A DNA stretch of 62,234 nucleotides from Chloracidobacterium sp. UBA6041 (GTDB lineage: Bacteria; Acidobacteriota; Blastocatellia; Pyrinomonadales; Pyrinomonadaceae), in assembly GCA_002427845.1 (NCBI GenBank), contig DIYZ01000279.1, positions 1 to 62,234 of the forward strand, given 5' to 3'. The notes beneath the pieces are model-generated. The model was not told where the DNA came from. It was given only the letters and a program-made list of their open reading frames with translations, and made no database searches. Every line of letters starts with the position of its first letter. The stretch's first letter is position 1. The translations under genes were made by a program, and so were the position numbers. Positions 55,961 through 62,234 of this stretch are shown here, one piece after another.

Positions 55961-56734
55961 ATGTCTTCCATCCTTTTCGAGCGACACCAGCAAGTCGCGA
56001 TCATTCGCCTCAACCGGCCGGAAAAGTTCAATGCGCTTTCGCGTGAGATGATTCTGGCGTTGACCGATCTGTTTAAAGGCTTCGAGCGCCAGTCGGAGTT
56101 GCGCGCCGTGATCCTGACAGGCGCCGGCGAAAAGGCCTTCTGTGCCGGCACGGACATCACCGAACTGACCGGGCTTGATAAAGCTGGCGCGCGCGAGGTG
56201 GCTGAACGCGGCCAGACACTTTGCAATGAAATCGAAAATTGCGGTGTACCGGTGATCGCGGCGATCAATGGAATCGCGGCGGGTGGCGGCTGCGAACTGG
56301 CGCTTGCCTGCCATATTCGAATCGCGGCGCCAAACGCCTCATTCAGTTTGCCTGAAACAAAGCTCGGAATTATTCCGGGTTACGGCGGCACGCAGCGGCT
56401 GGCTCGCGAGATCGGCGAGGGACGAGCACTCGAGATGATGCTCACAGCAAGAAGCGTTAACGCTGAAGAAGCTTTGCGAGTGGGCTTGATCAATCGCATC
56501 ACTTCCCGCGATGTGTTAGCGGAAGCAGAAGCGTTGGCAAAAGAAATTGCGAGTCTCGCCCCTCTGGCCCTTCGCGCTTGCCTCGAGGCAGTAACGCGAG
56601 GTTTAGCGTTACCCATCGCAGAAGGGCTTGCTTTGGAAACAAAACTTTTCGCTAGTCTGTTTGCCACTGGCGATGTGAAAGAAGGCACGCGCGCGTTTCT
56701 GGAAAAACGCCCACCTGTTTTCAAAGGAATTTAG
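55961..56734 (+). CDS. enoyl-CoA hydratase (crotonase family)
   Basis: IIRLNRPEKFNAL, GAGEKAFCAGTDI, AAINGIAAGGGCELALACHIRIA. Confidence 0.9.
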   Translation: MSSILFERHQQVAIIRLNRPEKFNALSREMILALTDLFKGFERQSELRAVILTGAGEKAFCAGTDITELTGLDKAGAREVAERGQTLCNEIENCGVPVIAAINGIAAGGGCELALACHIRIAAPNASFSLPETKLGIIPGYGGTQRLAREIGEGRALEMMLTARSVNAEEALRVGLINRITSRDVLAEAEALAKEIASLAPLALRACLEAVTRGLALPIAEGLALETKLFASLFATGDVKEGTRAFLEKRPPVFKGI

Positions 56735-56738
56735 AACA

Positions 56739-56806
56739 AGTTTAGAGTACAAGCTTTAGCTTGCGTCTTTCGCCGAGCGGCAACCTAAAGGTTGAACTCT
56801 GAACTT
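56739..56806. repeat. 68-nt structured repeat element, copy B
   Basis: agtttagagtacaagctttagcttg + 14-nt variable centre + cggcaacctaaaggttgaactctgaactt. Segment lengths are the same as copy A (25+14+29). Confidence 0.75.
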
Positions 56807-56820
56807 CAATAAACCCCAAC

Positions 56821-56849
56821 TTGCTGCCCTCAAAGGCATCACCTATACT
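56821..56849 (+). promoter_or_regulatory. candidate promoter TTGCTG-N17-TATACT for ribH-nusB
   Basis: ttgctg at 56821-56826 and tatact at 56844-56849. Confidence 0.4.
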
Positions 56850-56892
56850 GCGAAATGCCTTCTAAAGGGCGGGAAACGGAGCCACTTAGTTC

Positions 56893-57372
56893 TTGCAGCC
56901 TGCAATTCACGAAGGACATCTCAACGCTCAGGGATTTCGTTTTGCGATTGTCGCCAGTCGCTGGAACGACTTCATTAGCGCTCGACTGGTTGAGGGTGCG
57001 CTCGATGCGCTTGAACGTTTAGGAGCCGAAGAGAAAGAAGTTGCGGTCTACAAAGTTCCCGGCGCTTTCGAGATTCCGCTGTTGGCGCTGAAGCTGGCCG
57101 GCTCCGGTAACTTTGACGCAGTCATCTGCGTCGGTACAATTATTCGCGGCCAAACTCCACACTTCGAGTACATTGCAAATGAAGTTGCCGGCGGCATCGC
57201 GCGGGCGGGTTTGCAAACCGGGATACCGGTAGTTTTCGGAGTCATTACCGCAGACAATTTTGACCAGGCAATCGAACGCGCGGGGGTCAAGTTGGGAAAC
57301 AAGGGTTTTGAGGCCGCTACGACGGCGGTTGAGTTAGTAAATCTTTACAAGGAAGCTTTTGGAGAACGGTGA
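56893..57372 (+). CDS. ribH: 6,7-dimethyl-8-ribityllumazine synthase
   Basis: [30 protein letters not shown] start. Confidence 0.93.
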   Translation: MQPAIHEGHLNAQGFRFAIVASRWNDFISARLVEGALDALERLGAEEKEVAVYKVPGAFEIPLLALKLAGSGNFDAVICVGTIIRGQTPHFEYIANEVAGGIARAGLQTGIPVVFGVITADNFDQAIERAGVKLGNKGFEAATTAVELVNLYKEAFGER

Positions 57373-57434
57373 ACGATGAACGCGGAACGATGAACAGAAA
57401 GCTTTCTTCATCGTTCATAGTTCATAGTTCATCC
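57370..57434. repeat. inverted pair of heptamer arrays (TGAACGA x4 / TTCATAG x4) forming a hairpin in the ribH-nusB spacer
   Basis: tgaacga tgaacgc ggaacga tgaacag aaagctttc ttcatcg ttcatag ttcatag ttcatcc. The first TGA is the ribH stop codon. Confidence 0.85.
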
Positions 57435-57444
57435 TTGAAGCATT

Positions 57445-57951
57445 ATGGGTTCGCGACGTAAGGCGCGCGAGTGCGCCTTGCAAATGCTCTTTGCGGCTGA
57501 TGTTGCCGACACTGTCCCCGCTGAGGTCCTGAATACCTACTGGGCAGAGCTTGGCGACTCCGACACGGAGGAAGCGGCGCGTGAATTCGCGACGCGCCTC
57601 GCGGCGGGAACGCTTGCGCACCTGGAGGCCCTCGACGAGCGCATACGTTCGCGCGCGGAACACTGGCGCATTCCCCGTATGGCGATCGTCGATCGAAACA
57701 TTCTCCGGCTGGCAGTTTACGAATTCCTCTACGAACCCACTCCTCGCACTGTCGCCATCAACGAAGCCCTCGAGATCGCCCGGCGCTTTTCGACGTACGA
57801 AGCAACGCAGTTTATTAACGGTATTCTCGACGCGATAAAACGCGACCTCGACGAAGAGCAGCCACAGGAACACATGGACTCCCAGGAGCTTGAAGCGGAG
57901 TCTGAATCCGAGCAACCTCCGGACGACGAACAGTCAGCATCCTCTGCCTAG
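57445..57951 (+). CDS. nusB: transcription antitermination factor NusB
   Basis: RRKARECALQMLF, VDRNILRLAVYE, INEALEIARRF. There is an acidic C-terminal tail. Confidence 0.9.
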   Translation: MGSRRKARECALQMLFAADVADTVPAEVLNTYWAELGDSDTEEAAREFATRLAAGTLAHLEALDERIRSRAEHWRIPRMAIVDRNILRLAVYEFLYEPTPRTVAINEALEIARRFSTYEATQFINGILDAIKRDLDEEQPQEHMDSQELEAESESEQPPDDEQSASSA

Positions 57952-58099
57952 CGGTCGCGTCACTGGAAGTTTAAAGTCCCTGTCATTAGCACCTGCCTTG
58001 AGCCAGATGAGAGAGTATCTATGGCAACCTCCGAAACTGTTTAAACGGTTGCCTGCCCCAAGAATAAAGTCCAGTCTGAAATTAAAACTGGCAACTAAT

Positions 58100-58148
58100 C
58101 TTTATTCTTTCTTATTCACTATTCACCATTTACCATTTACTATTCTTT
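58100..58148. repeat. heptamer array ATTYACY-like x7 abutting the cheA start
   Basis: ctttatt ctttctt attcact attcacc atttacc atttact attcttt c GTG. Confidence 0.8.
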
Positions 58149-58149
58149 C

Positions 58150-60225
58150 GTGGACCAAACTCAGCGCGAATTTCTGGTGGAGATCGAAGAGCTTGTCGAG
58201 CAAATCTTCGGCGATCTCGCCGACTTGCGCGACACCCGCGTCGACGGCCGGCCTCGGCGTCAGTCAGTCGATCGAATATTCCGCCGCGTCCACAGCGTTA
58301 AAGGCCTCGCTTCATCGTGTGGCCTCGCAGCGGTGAATCATATCGCCCATGAATTCGAGAACGTACTGGATGCTATTCGTGCCGGTCGCGTTGCGGTTAG
58401 CGATAACGTGTTGGACACGTGTGACTGTGCCGCTGATGCTGTCGCCGAAAGTTTGAGTCTGGCTGCTGCGGGAATCGTCGAGCCATCGCGCCGGGCACTT
58501 TTTGATCGGCTTAAGGCGGCCGCAGCGGGCGAAAACAAAGAGCCGAGCCGCACTGCAGAAGCGCTTGTCGCGCCGGTTCCTTTTGAAATCTGGCAAGCAC
58601 TAAGTGGATCCGAAAAACAGCACCTGAACAGTATAGTCGAGGAAAACATCCCCGTTTTCATTGTGACCACAAACTTCGCTATCGCTAATTTTGATGAAGA
58701 GTTCTCTCGACTGAAGCAGAAGCTGATGGAACACGGCGAAGTGATTTCGACCTCACCGACTGTCGCTAAGGACCATGCTGACAGAGTCAGCTTTCGCGTT
58801 CTTTACGCAAGTAAGGCGAGCACTCAAGAATTACAGACAAGTGTTAACGGCTTCCCGGATGTGGCCTTCAACAAAGTTTCAAATGGCGGGAGCACGCAGC
58901 ATGCCGACCTGCAAGGGCGCCCTGGGCCAGTGCCTGCTTTCGTTTCAGCTTCGTCCCTGTCGAATTTCGTGCACACAGACCTCGATAAACTCGATGGCCT
59001 CATCTCCTCAACGCACGAACTCTTTCGCACGACCGCAAAGGCGCTGGACCTCGCGCTGTCGCAAAAAGAAATAACAACAACCGGGCGTGCAGAACTGCAA
59101 AATTTATACGCGCAGATCAGAAGTTCTTTTTTGGGCGTCGAAGATGAACTCATCAACCTGCGGATGGTTTCATTAGGTCCGACATTGCAACGTGCCACGC
59201 GCGCCGGACGAGCGGCAGCGCGTTCCGCTGCCAGGGAAATCGACTTCGAGATTGCCGGCATTGATCTCCAAATCGACAAACTGCTCGCAGAAGCGATCGT
59301 CGATCCACTTATTCATCTGGTCCGCAACGCCGTGGATCACGGCATTGAAAGCGCGGCAGAGCGCATTAAGGCGGGTAAGAAGAAGCGGGGCACTATTCGG
59401 ATCGAAGCTATGAACGAAGGAAGCCAATCACGGGTGAGAGTGACGGATGATGGCCGTGGCATTGACGCAAATCTGATTTCAGCAGCAGCGGCTAGACTCG
59501 GGATTGTCCAGGGTGCCGGCCTTGATTTGGAGCGCAGCCTGCGCCTTATTTTCCGTCCGGGTTTTACAACTTTTGCCGCAGCGTCCGAGGTATCGGGACG
59601 GGGTGTTGGGCTTGACGTAGTGGAAACTGCGGTCGAGCAGGTTGGCGGCGAGTTGCGCGTTTCCAGCAAACCCGGCGTGGGAACTTCTTTCGAAATCCGC
59701 TTACCGGTGACCTTCGGACTGCTCCGGGCGACGGTGGTTGTGTCGGCAAAAAATCGCTATTGCATTCCCTCTAGTCAGACCGTTGTTATTGAGCCGCTCG
59801 CCGCGGGTAACGATCTCGAAAATCGTGTCGCCTTCAATCCACCGCAACCGCATGAGGATCAGAAGTCAGAGACGAATGAATCGAGTGCCGATCAGTTGCC
59901 CCTCGTCTCGTTACGCGCATTACTTGGGGAGCATGAAGAACCCCAGGGCGAGGATGAAGGTTCGAGCAGGCAATCCTACGTTGTCACTTGCCAGTTTCCA
60001 GATGAGGAAGCAGATGCGAGCGGCAGCGGCACAAAGCGGGTCGGCCTCATCGTTGATGCCGTCGAAGGGACGCAGGAAGTACTGGTTCGCAATCTTGGCC
60101 GTCACGCCGGCCGCTGGTATGGCGTGGCGGGGGCAACAGAATTACAAGATGGGACGGTTGCGTTGGTCCTGGATATCCCTCGTTTGTTAAGCCGCACAGG
60201 CTCCGGTTTTCATTATGCTCAGTAG
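58150..60225 (+). CDS. cheA: chemotaxis histidine kinase CheA
   Basis: Hpt motif RRVHSVKGLASSCGL, N-box DPLIHLVRNAVDHGIE, DDGRGID, GRGVGLDVV, and a C-terminal CheW-like domain. GTG start. Confidence 0.88.
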   Translation: MDQTQREFLVEIEELVEQIFGDLADLRDTRVDGRPRRQSVDRIFRRVHSVKGLASSCGLAAVNHIAHEFENVLDAIRAGRVAVSDNVLDTCDCAADAVAESLSLAAAGIVEPSRRALFDRLKAAAAGENKEPSRTAEALVAPVPFEIWQALSGSEKQHLNSIVEENIPVFIVTTNFAIANFDEEFSRLKQKLMEHGEVISTSPTVAKDHADRVSFRVLYASKASTQELQTSVNGFPDVAFNKVSNGGSTQHADLQGRPGPVPAFVSASSLSNFVHTDLDKLDGLISSTHELFRTTAKALDLALSQKEITTTGRAELQNLYAQIRSSFLGVEDELINLRMVSLGPTLQRATRAGRAAARSAAREIDFEIAGIDLQIDKLLAEAIVDPLIHLVRNAVDHGIESAAERIKAGKKKRGTIRIEAMNEGSQSRVRVTDDGRGIDANLISAAAARLGIVQGAGLDLERSLRLIFRPGFTTFAAASEVSGRGVGLDVVETAVEQVGGELRVSSKPGVGTSFEIRLPVTFGLLRATVVVSAKNRYCIPSSQTVVIEPLAAGNDLENRVAFNPPQPHEDQKSETNESSADQLPLVSLRALLGEHEEPQGEDEGSSRQSYVVTCQFPDEEADASGSGTKRVGLIVDAVEGTQEVLVRNLGRHAGRWYGVAGATELQDGTVALVLDIPRLLSRTGSGFHYAQ

Positions 60226-60297
60226 CAGAATCTTCCACGACGTTTCGGGCCAGCCCGCAGTCTGTTTGCGCTTGCCGGGCCGCAACTCAAATCGCTT

Positions 60298-62112
60298 TCA
60301 TGCCCAATCCATCTTCGGATGCATCGTGTGCCATTGGGTCGCGCGCTCGTAAGCAAGCGCCACTCGCAGCGGCGCACCTTCGTTGTAAAGTCCGCCGGTA
60401 AACATGATTGATTGCGGCAGGCCTTTGGGAAAGCCGCAGGGGACGGCGACGGCCGGATGACCGGTGAGATTTGTGATCAGCAAACTAAGACTTCCGGGCG
60501 CGGGCGAAACAAACACATCCCATTTTGACATCAACGCATCCATCTCGCGCATCAGGAGCGTGCGGGCACGTTGCGCGCGTATGTATTCAACCGCCGGAAT
60601 GAAACGTGAACTGCGAAACGTGTTGGGCCAATCGCCTGGCTCCTGTCCGGAAAGTTGATTGACTCGCCCATCGCGAGTGATGTCGTCGAAGGCAGTCGCC
60701 GCCTCCGCGACCAGAATGATGCGCAACGCCGCGACGGAAAACTTCGGCATTTCGATTGGCTCCAGGTTTGCGCCGGCCGACTTCAAGTCGTCGAGCGCTT
60801 GCTGGTAGATCGCTTTTCGCTCCGGATCCTGCTGCTGGTCAAACTCAGTTTTCAAGTACCCAATTCTCATGCTGCCGAGCGGTCGTGCCGGCTCCCAGCT
60901 AAACGGGACGTCGCCCACCGTGAGATCGCGCTGGTCCGGACCAGACATCGCATTTAGAGCTGCGGCACAGTCTTCAACTCCACGGCAGATCGGTCCGATC
61001 TTATCCATGGTCCAACTCAAACCCATCGCACCATAGCGACTAACGCGGCCATACGTCGGCCGCAGGCCCACAACACCACACCGCGACGATGGCGAAATGA
61101 TTGAGCCAAGCGTTTCCGTGCCGACTGAAAAACCAACCAGGCCAGCCGCGGTGGCGGAAGCAGGCCCGGCTGAGGATCCACTCGAGCCGATCTTGTCTTC
61201 CTCAACTTGCCAGGGATTTCGGGTCATGCCGGCAAACCAGCGGCCACCCTGCGCCAGTGCCCCCATCGAAAGTTTTGCAACCAACACGGCGCCAGCAGCA
61301 CGCAAACGCTCGACGACTGTCGCGTCGTAGTCGATCACCTGGTCGCGATAGGGTTCAGCTCCCCAGGTGGTGCGAATTCCCTTCGTCGCGAAAAGATCTT
61401 TAGCGCCCCAGGCGATGCCGTGAAGTGGGCCGCGATACTTCCCGGCTTTGATTTCGCGCTCGGCTTCCGCAGCTTGTGTCAACGCCAGATCTTCCGTAAG
61501 CGTCACCACGCAATTCAGCTTTGGTCCATACTTCTTCAACCGCGCGAGATACATCTTCGTCAGCTCCACGGGCGAAACTTTGCGTGTGCGAACCAACTCG
61601 GCTAGCTGCGGCACTGTGGCAAACGCCAAATCTTCAAGCGAACCAAACTGAGGCGTTTCAACCTTGCTTAATTTGAATCTGGCGGGCCTGACGTTGAACT
61701 TCCTGCCGGGCAACGCCGGATGAAACAGAGTGGCAGGCTCGGTGTCCAGCGGAATGTCGATCTTCCTGAGGGCTTCGTATCGTTCCAGGTTGGTGTTCGC
61801 GTTGGGCAGGGCCATCGCTTCCTGCGCGTCGGTGAGTTCGATTCCCATGAGCTTCTCGGCCTGCCGCAGCATATCTTTTGTCACGCGCAAAGGAGTCAGC
61901 GAAGGTGAAGGCGAGGGCATGGGCGTGGGACTCACCGGCGGAGTGGGCGAAGGACTCTGCGACAGCGCGGAGGTGATGTTTAGTTGAGGAGTAACGACTA
62001 CTGCGGCGCCCAGTGCCGGCACAAGCTTTACAAACGCGCGCCGGTTCAAGCTTTTGGTTTGAGATCCGGCTGATTCTCTGACTCGCTTTTTTTTAGCTGC
62101 GGGGGGTTTCAT
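60298..62112 (-). CDS. amidase-signature family amidase with Tat signal and Pro/Ser linker
   Basis: Twin-arginine motif NRRAFVKL, linker SPSPTPPVSPTPMPSPSPS, and AS motif GSSGSSAGPASATAAG..GTETLGSIISPS. Confidence 0.85.
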   Translation of the reverse strand: MKPPAAKKKRVRESAGSQTKSLNRRAFVKLVPALGAAVVVTPQLNITSALSQSPSPTPPVSPTPMPSPSPSLTPLRVTKDMLRQAEKLMGIELTDAQEAMALPNANTNLERYEALRKIDIPLDTEPATLFHPALPGRKFNVRPARFKLSKVETPQFGSLEDLAFATVPQLAELVRTRKVSPVELTKMYLARLKKYGPKLNCVVTLTEDLALTQAAEAEREIKAGKYRGPLHGIAWGAKDLFATKGIRTTWGAEPYRDQVIDYDATVVERLRAAGAVLVAKLSMGALAQGGRWFAGMTRNPWQVEEDKIGSSGSSAGPASATAAGLVGFSVGTETLGSIISPSSRCGVVGLRPTYGRVSRYGAMGLSWTMDKIGPICRGVEDCAAALNAMSGPDQRDLTVGDVPFSWEPARPLGSMRIGYLKTEFDQQQDPERKAIYQQALDDLKSAGANLEPIEMPKFSVAALRIILVAEAATAFDDITRDGRVNQLSGQEPGDWPNTFRSSRFIPAVEYIRAQRARTLLMREMDALMSKWDVFVSPAPGSLSLLITNLTGHPAVAVPCGFPKGLPQSIMFTGGLYNEGAPLRVALAYERATQWHTMHPKMDWA

Positions 62113-62178
62113 TTGGGTCCGCTTCTCCTGAAACTACGCGCTCGCTGACGGTCGGCCTACTGCTCCCTGCTTCTCAAA

Positions 62179-62207
62179 CCCGCCCGCTACCGCAGGCGGT
62201 ACTGACC
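62179..62207. repeat. REP-like hairpin element, copy 2
   Basis: acccgcccgctaccgcaggcggtactgac with stem ccgcc/ggcgg (62181-62185 / 62196-62200). It is flanked by CTGCTCC-like 7-nt-periodic sequence. Confidence 0.55.
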
Positions 62208-62234
62208 TGCTCGTGCTTCCGCTCCTGCTCCTGC

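Noticed and set aside
55709-56314. 201-aa minus-strand ORF across the hbd-crotonase junction. The same applies to 16102..16680, 24025..24654 and 1830..2384 opposite other genes.
   Set aside because: All are antisense shadows of strongly supported genes.

Overview
This 62.2-kb window reads as mostly core chromosome of a Gram-negative bacterium. It is probably an Acidobacteriota member, inferred from a TIGR03436-type VWFA protein, tandem carboxypeptidase-regulatory-like secreted proteins and TonB-C proteins; I cannot verify this here. About 50 protein genes are supportable, including eno, gpmI, rpoD-dnaG, mutS2, cdaA-cdaR-glmM, aroB, ribH-nusB, hbd plus crotonase, tdk, dacB, carD, cheA and cheW. 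I recognised no rRNA, tRNA, CRISPR array, transposase or prophage. Five things deserve a second look. (1) A ~1,891-aa apparently soluble protein fuses a Hanks kinase, a STAND/AAA_16 NTPase, a TPR-like region and two tandem family-5 solute-binding-protein modules, and is followed by a truncated kinase fragment. (2) Many of the sizeable intergenic spacers contain 7-nt-periodic tandem arrays (STRR-like). Several are arranged as inverted pairs, several carry a stop triplet per unit, and three run right up to start codons. (3) Other structured repeat families are present: a 68-nt element in two copies, a six-hairpin dyad cluster, a REP-like hairpin with a compensatory change, and a GC-rich repeat inserted in frame in an oxidoreductase. 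(4) A promoter-to-terminator unit could be an sRNA. (5) Three genes look decayed: an ABM monooxygenase, a MazF-like toxin and the kinase fragment. All functional calls come from motif recognition by eye on the supplied translations and sequence. No database search or computation was run.
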